Of a stretch of DNA of 56,642 bases, positions 11,053 through 23,915 are shown one piece after another; positions within the stretch are counted from its first letter, which is position 1; each line of letters opens with the position of its first letter. The position numbers and the translations under genes are program-made. The stretch is taken from assembly GCA_002633005.1 (NCBI GenBank), contig NMRA01001066.1, forward strand, positions 1 to 56,642, given 5' to 3'. The notes beneath the pieces are model-generated. The model was given only the letters and a program-made list of their open reading frames with translations, was not told where the DNA came from and did not search any database. The stretch is from Phoronis australis (Eukaryota; Animalia; Phoronida).

Positions 11053-12837
11053 GTCGCTACCCAGCAATGCACAGTTGCAACAGGGGGCCGCCATTTTGAA
11101 GAAGGGTGAAGGTCAGCCGGGCAACTTGTTTTTTTTCATTCTCAACATATTCACAAATACAAACAAACCACATTCACTTGGCCCACACTGTACATGCTAC
11201 ACCTTTCTAAAATGTTCCTAAGCCTGGCCTACCCCTACATTTTAATATTTTGGCCGCGGCCGCTGCGGCCCAACTATTGTGCCACCTAAGTACCCTTGCT
11301 GGTTCCCTGCGTGCCGCTAGGTGGTAGCCAGCACGCAGGTATCACATAATTTTCCTCGGTAATTTTTTTACACCGGCATTTCTGATTGACTGGTCGAATT
11401 CTCAACAGGCAACGCTTTACTTAGCCTTGGTACAAAGCTGTATATAGGCTTTGCACCGATGTGGATAAAAAAGTGGTATGATAAAATCTGACACAAAATT
11501 AGTGTCATTGAAAACTACAGTCTTCCTTGTGTAAACTAAATTATTTAACGGTGTTGGAAAAATGGCGTTCTGCCGTTTTTCTGTTGCTAAAATTGTGGAG
11601 CGATCTTTATCGACGGCTTTCGGCGCCATGAAATATTGCGTCATCTATTGGCCAGTTTCTTTTTTCGCCGATTCTTCAATCAACTGTTCTTCTTTCACTA
11701 GGTTGCGTGCACGTCACAACTAATTATCGGAACTGGTTTCACTTCATTATAAGTTTTTAAAATTTTGATACCGAAAAACCAAATTTCAGAAAAAAAAATT
11801 TGCTGCTGCGAAGTTGTTGCAAAAATTTAGGAAATGGCGCGTGACACGAGCGTACTGTTTTCAAAACGTCAACATACTTTTCATTGTTAAATAACGTAGA
11901 AAATAAATCTGAAACTAAATAAGGCGATCCAGGTCCTCCCAAGGATACAATTGTTTCACGAAATTTAGAATATAAACAGGTAAATAAAACAACAAGAATG
12001 GCTCAACTGAGAACAATATTGGATAGACAAGCTCAATACAATAGAACCTCATGGATTGAACATAAAAACTTCTTGAAATATATCATTGAATTTTTTACGC
12101 AAAAATGTATCATATTCATTACACTATATCTTAAATGTCAATTGTCATATAGCGTTTGATTTCACTTTATTTCTGTTTCTGTTGACAAAGGACGTTATTA
12201 CATCCGAAACTTTCAGTTGATCCATTCTTGTTCCTTTTCATTGTTACAAACGGTCGAGAATGACGCAAGAAAATGACGTTTGTTTCATTGCTTTTCACTT
12301 AAACGGTTGCAACGAGCAAGGTGAGTGTCTGTTGATTAACTGATTTTGTATGCAACCCGTCCGGTCTTTAGCTCTACATGTTGATACAAGTTCAACCAAG
12401 AGGTGACGACCGCAACTACCCGGGTCGTGCGCAATTTCGGGGCCGGGTCTACGGAGGAAATACACATAGTGGTCAGGGCTCAACATTAACTTTTTAAGCC
12501 ACTTGCCCTTCGGGCAAGTAGTTGAAATTTTTACTTGTCCGAACAACGAATTCACTTTCCCCAAGTACAATCCCAAGTAGCACCGTGCATGTGCACACCT
12601 TGGTAATGTGTTACGGTAGGGCTGCCTGTGCTGAGCCTCCTCTTGTGTTGTGCACGCTATATACACGAGTTGCTATTTTTTTAACGATTCTTCTTATAGA
12701 ACATTTATTTATAAGGTGTGTCAAAACACTAGAGAGACAAATTGAAAGAGTAACTCAGGTATCTGAACCATTGTCACACGTTCACAGGCGCCGAAATGAG
12801 CTAGGGCATGAACTCTAGACACTTCTGTGTACACATA

Positions 12838-13090
12838 CAGTAGTGTACCTAATTATCGGACGGAACCTAAATATCGGACATTTCATAGAATCTTACTTTG
12901 AAGCATAATCTGAGAATTAAATGACACCAATTTTTGTTCCGTTGTAATGCATTCAATGTCCGGCACCGTCTCGTTTTTTACATCGTTGCCTCGTTTTGAT
13001 TTCACCAAGAGAGGGTGCAATTTAGACCCCCAAGTCGGCCTAAAATGGACGATTGCATAAATCGGTTATAAAAGTTGAAAATAAAATCTT
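12838..13090 (+). mobile_element. Nested Tc1/pogo-like terminus (other end not seen, possibly in the gap)
   Basis: TA|CAGTAGTGTACCTAATTATCGGAC with an internal repeat of cctaa(t/a)tatcggac. Confidence 0.45.
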
Positions 13091-13619
13091 TTTNNNNNNN
13101 NNNNNNNNNNNNNNNNNNNNNNNNNNNNNNNNNNNNNNNNNNNNNNNNNNNNNNNNNNNNNNNNNNNNNNNNNNNNNNNNNNNNNNNNNNNNNNNNNNNN
13201 NNNNNNNNNNNNNNNNNNNNNNNNNNNNNNNNNNNNNNNNNNNNNNNNNNNNNNNNNNNNNNNNNNNNNNNNNNNNNNNNNNNNNNNNNNNNNNNNNNNN
13301 NNNNNNNNNNNNNNNNNNNNNNNNNNNNNNNNNNNNNNNNNNNNNNNNNNNNNNNNNNNNNNNNNNNNNNNNNNNNNNNNNNNNNNNNNNNNNNNNNNNN
13401 NNNNNNNNNNNNNNNNNNNNNNNNNNNNNNNNNNNNNNNNNNNNNNNNNNNNNNNNNNCGTATTCCTCTTCTTTCGGGAGTCGCCACCGGGAGCCGGGAA
13501 TTCATAAGAATGTCCTTTGGAATTCCCCCTGAATAAATACCAGGCCTTTTAAACTGCTGTGTAGTGTAGAAAATATGTCATCAATCACTCATTTTTTAGC
13601 TTTTGTGCTTATCTGTATG

Positions 13620-14101
13620 ACTTAATCCGCTGACGAACGCGGTGCTTCTAGTTCTAACCGTACATGGGTAAACGCCGGCAAAAATCAAACGTCATCCCTT
13701 GTTCACTGTCTCGCAGGCCAGAAAACCTAATTCACCATGACGGAACCCATCCCCGCACTCTTTTCGTTTCATATTATTGCTTTGACTCTTCCTGAACTCG
13801 TTTTTAGCAACTAAACCAATGCCATCCAGGCCTGGACGGCTTCCACGTTTAGACGTTTTGCCAGAGTGCAGACGATCAGTAGTATCACGCGACAACTTAT
13901 TCAGAAACTGCAGGGCACGTTCAGAGAATCGAAAGGATTTGACCGCGAGCGTCATCTGTGCACACTGCATCACACTCGTTCTATTTTCCTTTCGGTGCTC
14001 ATTCGAAGACGGGAGTTTCTTTGACGACCACAGGGGCTTTTTCGACGTTTTTTAGGCTTGTGTTGGGGTTCGTTACTTTGGAGCAAATGTCGAACAGACA
14101 T
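13620..14101 (-). pseudogene. Decayed N-terminus of a ZNF862-like hAT transposase (TTF-type zinc finger)
   Basis: ATG at 14101 (MSVRHLLQS..KPKKRRK); later YETKRVRGWVPSW*IRFSGLRDSEQGMTFDFCRR..STAFVSG, resembling KRxFxxxWxxxFxWL...GMxCxxC...FVxG. Confidence 0.6.
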
Positions 14102-14846
14102 TCTTAGGATCTACTTGCCTATGCGGCTAGCTTTTTAACTTGCCCATTGGGCAAGTACTTGTCAAATTCCACTTGCCCGACGCAAAATCTACATGTACAC
14201 GGGCAATCGGGCAACCGTTAGTGTTGGCCCTGGTGGTACCTAGCTGTATTTTGACGCGACAGTCTCCATACAGCTAGCTGGCTGGCTACGCTTTACGCAA
14301 GCAAACTGGCATGACTGATGGAGGAAGTGTAAATGTGGTCTTTTGTACAGACAAATCGGTGCTTAAAATTTTAGTGTTCAGGCAGGAAATATGAATCCCA
14401 GAAATTGTGATTGCGCCTTTTCGGAGTTCATCTTTCTACTGTCGATGACTTTTGTTTACGACACTGTATTGTTATCATACGGTATGAATAACACCGATTA
14501 AATCGGTCAGCAATGTGTTTATGGTGGCATGCGGCTATTAACATTACCGCAAAAACGTTGCTGCTACGCAACTTGCATGACAAGGCTAAAAATCGTTCAT
14601 AGTCCTCGATTTTTTCACCGTTGTTAAAGCTAACCAATGAGGTTACATCAACCAATACTAAAGCGCGAGCTACGACTACGTGATACCTGCGTGCTGGCTA
14701 GGCACGTGGGGAACCAGCGAGCCTAAGTATCTTTCGGTCGTAAAAACTGGTTCCCAGTGCCATCGTGAGCGGCACTGCATGACTCATAACCAGCAGTTGC
14801 ATACTCTGCCGTGTTGAAGCAAAAATACACCACAATAGGTTATTTG

Positions 14847-16243
14847 TACGGTGGCCCGAAAGTATCATCGCTACTTTTGTTTAAATAGTTTTTCATTTTT
14901 CATTTTCCACCTAGGTGGAAATAATTCAACCTAGGTGGAAACTATTTTCACCTGGTTGGAAACTATTTTCACCTGAGTGGAAACTATTTTCACCTGGGTG
15001 GAAACTATTTTCACCTGGGTGGAAATTATTTTCACCCGGGTGGAAATTATTTTCACCCGGGTGGAAATTATTTCAACCTAGGTGGAAATTATTTTCACCC
15101 GGGTGGAAATAATTTCAACCTAGGTGGAAATTATTTTCACCCGGGTGGAAATTATTTCAACCTAGGTGGAAATTATTTTCACCCGGATGGAAATTATTTT
15201 CACCTGGGTGAAAATGTTATACATCCGGGCACCTATTTTCATCTGTGTTGTGATTGGATGAAGTCTTGTAGGTGAAGGTCGATTGGGCCAGCATTTTGTT
15301 CAACAAAGTTCAGATTAGGTTGCAATGTCGGCGCCTTATCTGCCTCTTGGATTTGCCGCGGACTTTAACAGAGACAGTGTGATTACGTATTACTCCTAGT
15401 TCCAAAACAACTCTCTGAATAAAGTTGCCGGATTTCAGCAACGAACCCAAGCCATTAACAAATATAATGTATGGTGTAGAACGTTGAGAAAGTTCCGATA
15501 AATAAATGACATATTATTGTTGTTGTCCAAAAGCCTCACCCTTTCCGTGCTGACAGGTTTCAAAGACTTAAAGTTACACAACTAGCAACAAAAGGCACAG
15601 ATAGTATTATAAATATCCCACAAATGGTAAAAGACGTATGGTGAATNNNNNNNNNNNNNNNNNNNNNNNNNNNNNNNNNNNNNNNNNNNNNNNNNNNNNN
15701 NNNNNNNNNNNNNNNNNNNNNNNNNNNNNNNNNNNNNNNNNNNNNNNNNNNNNNNNNNNNNNNNNNNNNNNNNNNNNNNNNNNNNNNNNNNNNNNNNNNN
15801 NNNNNNNNNNNNNNNNNNNNNNNNNNNAAATAATTTCCACCCGGGTGAAAATAATTTCCACCTAGGTTGAAATAATTTCCACCCGGGTGAAAATAATTTC
15901 CACCTAGGTTGAAATAATTTCCACCTAGGTTGAAATAGTTTCCACCTGGGTGAAAATAATTTCCACCTAGGTTGAAATAATTTCCACCCGGGTGAAAATA
16001 ATTTCCACCTAGGTTGAAATAATTTCCACCTAGGTTGAAATAGTTTCCACCTGGGTGAAAATAATTTCCACCTAGGTTGAAATAATTTCCACCTAGGTTG
16101 AAATAGTTTCCACCCGGGTGAAAATAGTTTCCACCCAGGTGAAAATAGTTTCCACCTAGGATGAATTATTTCCACCTAGGTGGAAAATGAAAAATGAAAA
16201 AATATTTAAACAAAAGTAGCGATGATACTTTCGGGCCACCGTA
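14847..16243. mobile_element. Non-autonomous IS3EU-like foldback element with internal 21-bp tandem arrays
   Basis: Near-perfect long TIRs TACGGTGGCCCGAAAGTATCATCGCTACTTTTG; 6-bp TSD tatttg (14841-14846 and 16244-16249); each arm carries arrays of ggtggaaa(c/t)tattt(tcacc(c/t)g or caaccta). TAYGG termini and 6-bp TSDs are known IS3EU traits. Confidence 0.75.
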
Positions 16244-17649
16244 TATTTGTTCCCATGGGTCGTCGCTTTCAAAGAACATATTGTAAGTTATCCCATACGC
16301 GTTGAATCAGTCGAGTGCTTTATCTACGCCACCCGGGTACGTTTTGTGTATTTATGGTTAGATTTTGCCAAAATAATTATAATGAGCCGAAGCCGCATAA
16401 CGACCGGAGATTCGGTACATGTCTCATTTCAAGCATTCCGTACCGTTCAACTGTCCCGAAAAAATCTTGGTTCGGTTAATGTTTCTAGTACCATCTCAAC
16501 GCTAGTAAAAAGTTCGCTTTGCTTTACAGTTCGTACGATAGACTTCGTACGACTTCAATCACGCATAGTCTGCCAATATGGCGTCAGGTCTAACCCATTT
16601 ACCCGTTTCACTTATAGCATACTGTACATACAACAGAAGTTGACCAGAAAAGGAAACAAAAGCGACAATTTGAAGATAAACAAAGGAACACAGAGTATCT
16701 CAAAACGAAACACCAGTCTCAACATTGTTTTGAACAGCCATAACATGACGATTCTGTCACTGAGACACGTGCCAGTGTTCCACGTTATGTGAGTCTAATT
16801 CTGAAAGCAAGACAAATGAAAGACTTTTGAAAAATTGTCACTCACAAACGCAATTAATACAAAAACATTCAGGAACGATTTGGTACTGTGGTGTTTTTGT
16901 ACCAGAAGACGAAACTTTCTACTGAGCCCACAAACGTTCTTCAGGTGCCAGCATTGGGATAGTTCATTGGAATAGTCAAAGTGATCACTCACAAAACCAA
17001 GACCAACATTGCTCTAAAGAGATCTTTTGATCCAGGAAACTGAGTTAAAGGAAGAAGAAAAAGAAGAAGAAGATGAAGAGTGGTTACCGTATTCCTCGGT
17101 AACTGTCAGTGTCTGTTGTTTTGTTTACTAGCTTTTTTCAACATCCAAACATTCATTTGTAACAAGTGGGAATTTAGTCTAGTTGTCGAAAAATTGACCC
17201 TGCAATGTTGTTTTCTGTAAAGTTTTCTATTGGAAATTTATTATATGTGGTTAGGAGAACAAAACTAACTTGGTTGCACTTTGTGCAACTTTGACCATTT
17301 TTATAATTCAAGATGGCAGATTCTGCCTTGTTGAATTTGGCCTAATTTCCTCATTCTGAACATGATACCTAGTAGGAACTTGCAATGTATGGTTTCCAAT
17401 GTTTTTGGGACGGAGAGTCCATTTCTGATATTACTTTATGCATGTAAGGTCAAAGTCAAGGTCAAGTGAGAGGTCAATGGTCAAGTTGAACTGAAACAAG
17501 GAAAGTCCATCTCTTTTGTCCAACGAAATGTTAAATTTATGGGAACCTCGGAATTTATATTTCTGTGATTCTATTGTATCAAGAATAAGGGATAGCTAAA
17601 CACTGGAATTAGATATCCTCCCAACATCTCAATTGCTAAAGTTTAAAAT

Positions 17650-19500
17650 ATTGTTGTGCCAGGCCTGCGCACGCCCCACAGAAAGACCCCATCGCACGGA
17701 TCACCTGGAACCATCTTTGTGCCTTATTAGTTGAAACCGAGCTGAGGAGCTACAGACCTGACTCAAGGGACCAGCAGTGTGCACCCGTGTGAACACGCAA
17801 CCTTGGGTAAAGGAATGCCACTAGGTCACACTGCCTCCTGCTGAATAGGGATATGTGTAATCCCTACAGTTTACATATAGGTGGGCTAGGATGAGCAGTA
17901 TTATTCACCCAGGGTAAACTCATAAATTATGACTTCTGGAGCTTACTATAAAGTAAATTTTCCGACATTGCGTAGCCGCCTGGCTCTTTCTACTGGGGAT
18001 TGATGACTGACTAGTTCTCGAGAGTTCTGCCCTCCCCTCTCTGTTCTCTGTTGATGTTCGTAGAGAATAGCTTCAGTGCAATGGACCAAGAGTCACTGAC
18101 TGAGATAAGTTCACCTTGACACCTCCATGTCCACTCAGAGAGGGGTTATTGGCTTTTCTGGCTACTCTTTCAAACAAAGAACGTTTTTCTGTTCATAACC
18201 CTCACGTCTTTTGACCTCTCATGTTGGATGCCCTTGCTCACGCTATACCTCTGAAATAATCCATTATGTTTGAAATACTACCATTCCACTTCTCCATTTG
18301 AGTCTTGGTGTCAACTGGCATCTATGACGTCCCAAAAACCAAGAGCTCGGAGACGTCAGTGTTGTCACAAGGGATTCTGATGGTGTGGGTGCCTTATTCC
18401 ACCACTTTCCACATTTACCTATACAACGTCTGCTTCAGCATGTGCAATTACACATTGGCTCTTCCCCGTTCGATGTTGAATAGATAGGAATAGCTGCCTA
18501 CACATAGAAAGTTGTTTACATAGCGTTATTTAGACTAGTTTCGCGCCAAAAATGGGATGCTTGGGAACGGGGGATAGCATGACTTCCTCAACGTTTCCTC
18601 ATGTTATCGTCTCATGGTCCTTTGTGTAGGGATCTTTGTGATCATGTGTTTCTGTTTCAAATCAAATAATTTTGTTTTACCAACAACAGGATAGGGGCTG
18701 GTAGAGTGCCGAGATTTTAGCTAAATCTCCTGTAGTTCCGGACACACTCCAAACGACCTGGTACAAAAGCTGGACAACGGCAATCAACTCCACATCCGGA
18801 GCAGAATGGTTTGGGACATAACGTCGAGAGAGATTTGATCAAAATGGCTTTGTCACCCTTCCTGAAACTGCTGTTTTTGTCGATCTTGGCTGTAGGGAGT
18901 GGACTCAATACGTTCATACTGAAAGATATCGGCTGTGTTAATGTTACATTGCTGAACAGCGTCTCAACGCCTTCCCTCGACAGACTTCTTCAGAAACTCC
19001 AGTATTTTGAATTTTTCTTAATTGCTTTGTAACATTCACTGCTTACCGAAACTAAAAGCTGACTGCTCTGCTCATGCCTAATGATCAGCTCGTTCTGAAC
19101 AGTCAGAATCTACTCGGCGATTGCACATGTTATGAAGATATGACTGCTGGTCAATAAGCGGGTGTCTGCTTATCTATTTCCTCCGCAATCTTTCTCTAGT
19201 CGTCCTCGCCCAGGTCCACTCCTTCCTTCTTGTACTTAGTCTTTTCTTGCAACTTCACTACGTGGCTTTTGCTCTTCACCACCTTCATTCCGCATAACTC
19301 GTGTTCTCTATGGCAGTATCAAGGTGGGTACAGCCACTGAAACTAACCACATGGCCTCTTTCTCGGCCCTTTATAATCCCAGAACATTTTACGCGTTTGA
19401 CATACGGCATGCTTCTTCTTCGAATTGGTCAGCAGGCACTGCAGTCTTGTCATCCAAGTGTTGACAGCTGTGCTCAGCTTCGAGTAGAATATTCTTGACA
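17650..19500 (-). pseudogene. Decayed Academ transposase
   Basis: Motifs in the expected order: AVPADQFEE (about 19415-19445), LSPLPTAKIDKNSSFRKGDKAILIKSL (18830-18910), HAEADV (about 18425-18442), DNTDV (about 18352-18367), and a Cys-rich tail near 17660-17700; many stops and frameshifts. Confidence 0.75.
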
Positions 19501-20049
19501 TTATCAGAAAGGTGATCTACACACATCAAACTATATAAACTTCGAAAGAACTCGGTCAGGCTGCAGAAATGTATGTCACCTTAGTCGAACACTTATCGCA
19601 AGGTTGTCGAACTTTTGTCATTTTTGAAGTTGACGTTATTGCGCCTAGTCGTTTATTGTTTATTTATGAATGGAAATTGTGACAACGTACATGGAAGCGC
19701 TGTCGGATTCTAGTCTAAACGAGTTTTCACGTTGTTCGGTTTATTTTGAAAGTGGTTACGCCAGCACAGGTACCGTACACAATTATGGTGACCTAAATGT
19801 CATTATCTCCTTGGGACAAGGCGGTGGAAGGAAGAGGCTAAGGCAGAAATATGAGAGACAACAGTGTTGACTTCAAAGACAATCTAACGATACGGTGGTT
19901 ATTAACTATCTAGAGGTAAACCACCAGTTTTCCATAACACTTGCGGCCTTTTGAGTAGAAATTGAGTAACAACAGATGTGATGAGATTGTATACCCACAG
20001 AGCATCGATCTTAGCCTTTCCGTTGACTATACTGGAGTGTATACTACTC

Positions 20050-20427
20050 CTATGGCCCACTACTCCGAAAAAAGCCGTTACTACGAAATGTTTTTTTTAC
20101 TCAATCTTCCAAAAATTTCTCCCAATTTCACGAATGGGTTGTTAATGTGTTACCTACAAAAATGCCCTCTCAAAAACAATTTTGGACAATGAAGTCCAAT
20201 GACTAATTCTGCCATTTCTAATGTCATTGTACATTGTAGGTAACAACTCTTGTATCCTATCTTCTTTGAAGTTCGCTTGATCGAGAGAAAATATATCATA
20301 TTAATGTTATAAAATGAAACAAATACGTTCAATTTTTAGGAGGCGACGGTTTCTTCGGAGTAGTGTCTTCTTTTCGGAGTAGTGTTTTTTCGGAGAAGTG
20401 TTTTTTAGAGTAGTGGGCAGTAACCCT
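20050..20427. mobile_element. Small TIR element nested in the Academ (MULE-like miniature element)
   Basis: gcccactactccgaaaa at about 20056 is inverted to (ttcggagtagtg)n...gagtagtgggcagtaaccc at 20354-20427. Confidence 0.55.
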
Positions 20428-21779
20428 ATTGGAAGTTCCAGCAACTGTTGAGCTGATGAGCACTGCCACGCCAGATGCTTTCTCTAATCTGCCAATACAA
20501 CCCTCATAAAACTCGTGAGCAAAATGTTTGGCTCACTATAGCCCATGTATGCAATAATCAGCATTATGAAAACATATCGTGAAGTGCTTAATGAAGAAAG
20601 TGAAAATAATGAGATTAAAAACTAAATACCAGAAGGTTGTTAGGCAGTTTTGACCTTTGACCTCTGGTTTGACCTTGAAAATGACCCCGTATCAATAAAA
20701 CAACATCAGAAATTGACTCCCCAATCCTATCAAAGAAAACGGTATTAGCAATGTCTTGCATGACCCTGTTAGCCATCAAGTTAAAAAAACAAAGTGGGCA
20801 GAAATTCAAAATGGCGGCATCCTCCATCTTGAATTGCAAAAAATACTCAAAGTTGCACAAAATGCAACCAAGCTAATTTTGTTGTTCTGATCATATTTAA
20901 CATATTTCAACAAAAAAAAACTTTACAGTAATCAACATTGCAGGGTTCACTATGTGGGGCTATTGGTCTGACAACTAGGCTATTTCCCACTGGTGAAATG
21001 CAGTTCCCAGTTTAAGGAATATCCATCCTATATTGACAAAGACGGTATTGCTAACTGCTGCATCTCCATACTTGTGTGAAGCAAAATAACTGGCTGCACT
21101 GTCCAACAAACGTTCAAGGACTTGTGTGAAATAATCTGCAAAGTTCGAATTAAGGTAGCGTTTCCAACCATGATATTTGAGTTGATAACCTTTTTGAGTG
21201 TTATGGTACATGTAACTGATTGCTCTGGTTATTTTCACAAATTAAAGGAATAAGAAGTGTACTGAGATCAACAATATCACAAGAAAAACTATACGCATTT
21301 GCTATTATTTGTAAGGAAACGAAAAAGTTGAAGTCTTGACTTTGAAGACTATATTGAAGTTTTCGCCTTAAAATCAAGAAAATAGAGCTTCGCAAAAATC
21401 ACAAGAGGAGCAAAGAAAGTACGGTATCATGTTAACGTACATAAACTAACTGTACATTCCTATGAATGCTCACTAGATTATAGTGTCGGCTTTTCCAGTA
21501 GGAATACGTTGATTCTTCCAACTTTTAAATTGATTGGTTAATGCTGTTTGTTACTAAAGTTACAAAATCTAAAATAGGTCTTAATAATCTACCATTGAAC
21601 TTGTGATAGCTTAGGGCCACTCACATCCTTAATCTGGCACTGATTGAAGGGTTTAACTAGAAAACCTATTTGATTGAATGAGCCAATTTGACTAGCTTGC
21701 CATGCTCTCGTCGGCGCGCGACGTTATTGACTTGCCTTTTTTCCGAGTGAGAGGTAGCGAGTAGTTTCGACCCTCGCAC

Positions 21780-22070
21780 CAACCGACACCTACGATAAAT
21801 TTCTTTCACCGTTTCACTCCCACTTTGGAAAAAAGTCATCGAATATCATGTCTTGGCATAACTTCTACCAAAGATCCCAGCGAGCTAATGAGACTATTCA
21901 GAGCTTTGTTACTGTGCTGAAGCGAACTCTGCATGCACTGTCACGGTAAACTCGACCATCTCCGAGAATAAATGGTCAAGGGCCAACTCATTGCAAACGT
22001 GTCAGCGATATGGAACTAGATACGCTCACATTAACTCAAGCGGTCAAGCTGGCAGAGTCTGATGTGCTGT
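21780..22070 (+). pseudogene. Gypsy (Ty3) LTR retrotransposon gag fragment
   Basis: DTYDKFLSPFHSHFGKKSSNIMSWHNFYQRSQRANETIQSFVTVLKR..C...MVKGQLI...TLTLTQAVKLAES matches the gag pattern F..R.Q...ETI..FVT.L...C....LTL..A..IA. Confidence 0.7.
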
Positions 22071-22567
22071 CTTTCACAGACCCATGGCCGAAATCTCGTC
22101 AAATCGACGAGTTGCAACAACCATCCCGATTTCTCATTGTGGGTCATGATGTGGACATAGCTCCCACTAATAGTGTGGTGTCACTTCCACTGTTGCCGTT
22201 CGTTCTCACTTGTTCATTCGTTGGGGCTAATCAGATTCAAGTGCCACTGAGAATGGAACTCAGTTCATTCACATGAATTCCAGACCGACATGTATCTTAA
22301 ACACTGGTCGTAACTTGTAACGTGGCAGAACCACGACCGAGCATTAGTTCTTTAGAGGTACGTTGGGTGAGAGAATGAATACTTCATCTATAGGTTTGCT
22401 GTGTGGTACGCATTCCCTCGTCAAAAGTCCGTCCTTCCCGAAGATGGATTCTCAAACCATCTTTGATCACTCCGTTGAAGTGCTCGTGTTCGATCCTCCG
22501 GACACAGGTGGAACAAATCTGAGCTTAGCCCTCCTCAGTCGTCATAGGCCTGGACGAGCAGCTACTT

Positions 22568-23915
22568 GACGAAGACCTCGACCTGATCTTGTACGGCCGG
22601 TCGAGCTCGGGTCTTTGGTTTGGCAAGTGATGGGCGGCTCTGTTACCAATACCACGCATGAAGGTTATTGCCAGACTCGGCTTTGAGGTCTTGAGGATTG
22701 CAAAACTTGTTAGAACCTTGCCTAAGCTAAAGACATCGGATTTTGTGCTCGTCGGATCTCCCACTACCACTTCCGAGGTCAGATTGGGACAGCCTTGCTT
22801 TTCATTCATCAGCATCCATGGGTCTGTATCTGAAAGTGATTGATATGTGGATAATTTCAGCACACAAAAATGTCACGCTCGGTTCACCCATAAAACCGCC
22901 GACGAGCCACAATATTGAATAGTCTAGTTCTTGCAAAAATAGTTCCGATCTTTTCCGTCTGATGATTAGTCACTAATAATGAAGGTCGAATAACCTCTGT
23001 CCCATCCACTGCTATAGGGGCGTATTACTGCTGAGCAGATGTCGTATTAGAAATTTACATTTTGGGCAGAAGTGGCTTCGTGTTGACTTTATCCGTCTGC
23101 GATACCTTTGCCTACCTTTATCTGGGTGTTTTTAGCCTTAAGTTTTGCTGCCATTCTCACAAAGGTTTATGTGAAATTTTGGGTAAAACAAAGTGCTTCA
23201 ATCGAGACCATGGTCGACAACTAAGTTCAAGGCCATTACCAAGGTAATGTTTTAGTCTCGTGCTGTACTGAAAAGCCTTTCTTACAAATTCTTGGTCCAG
23301 AAGAATTCGATTCTTGTGTTTCACACTGAAAGTTCACAAAACAGCATTGTCTGTGATAAAGTTGGAGCTAAATCCACTCTTGATTAAACACGTATTTTAT
23401 CGTTGGTACACGTACATATACATCTGCTTCGTTCATGAATAATTGTTGGACTTACCTGAATCCTTTAAGAGAAGAATGTTTCTCGAAGTCTATCAGATGA
23501 ACTACTGGATGATCGTGCGTCGGATCTTGTATCTACCAAGATATTGTCCTCCATGATATCGTTGACCAGATAACCAGCATCATGGCACCTCCTCACCCCA
23601 ACTGTGACCAAAAGAGCAAGTCTCGTAACAAAAATTGGGATTGTACACTCCGAGTTTGCCAAGGTCACCTCGCGGCACTGAATGGACAAGATGTTGCATG
23701 ACTAGAGCAACGGAGCTGTTGTTGTGGGATTCCCTCACTGTTACAATGCCATAGACTTGTGGTACAAATCCTGTGTGGTACAGTTCTGAATAGACGATGT
23801 ATTCTTGCTCGGTGCCCCTTTTGTAGCGCTTAACACAGGCCGCAACCACGCTGCCGTCGCAGAGCGTCAACTTCCCGGCGTAGACTTTTGCTGAAAACCC
23901 CGAACCGAGGATGTG
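22568..23915 (-). pseudogene. Protein kinase pseudogene, two exons (about 23915-23456 and 22829-22568), frameshifted
   Basis: Kinase subdomains in order: ILGSGFSAKVY (I), ACVK (II), LVMQ (V), CHDAGYLVNDIMEDNILV (VIb), VHLIDFE (VII), GT-AG intron 23455-22830, CPNLTSE (VIII), KSDVFSLG (IX), NQRP (XI); at least three frame changes. Confidence 0.8.

Larger units (their letters stand above)
12474..14232 (-). mobile_element. hAT element with a 5-bp TSD (hAT5-like)
   Basis: TIRs CAGGGCTCAACATTAAC / GTTAGTGTTGGCCCTG, subterminal acttgccc/gggcaagt motifs, TSD gtggt (12469-12473 and 14233-14237); empty site in the paralogous repeat at about 10621-10636. Confidence 0.8.
11293..14721. mobile_element. 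TIR element of unassigned superfamily hosting nested insertions
   Basis: Inverted ends gctggttccctgcgtgcc..tagccagcacgcaggtatca / tgatacctgcgtgctggctaggcacgtggggaaccagc; 8-bp direct repeat cctaagta at 11285-11292 and 14722-14729. Confidence 0.6.
17180..20977 (-). mobile_element. Academ DNA transposon (decayed)
   Basis: Long diverged TIRs starting TAGTTGTC / ending GACAACTA with accctgcaatgttg, gttgcac and tgacc motifs; 3-bp flanks gtc/ggc; internal Academ-type transposase motifs. Confidence 0.8.

Noticed and set aside
3409-15865. Long ORFs made mostly of X
   Set aside because: Artefacts of the N-gaps (3480-4230, 7511-8177, 13094-13458, 15647-15827).
14915-16175. WKLFSPG/WKLFQPR repeat proteins
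   Set aside because: 21-bp arrays in both inverted arms of a non-autonomous transposon; they stay open only because the unit length is a multiple of three.
16247-16792. 181-aa ORF
   Set aside because: Non-ATG start, no recognisable domain and no splice structure.
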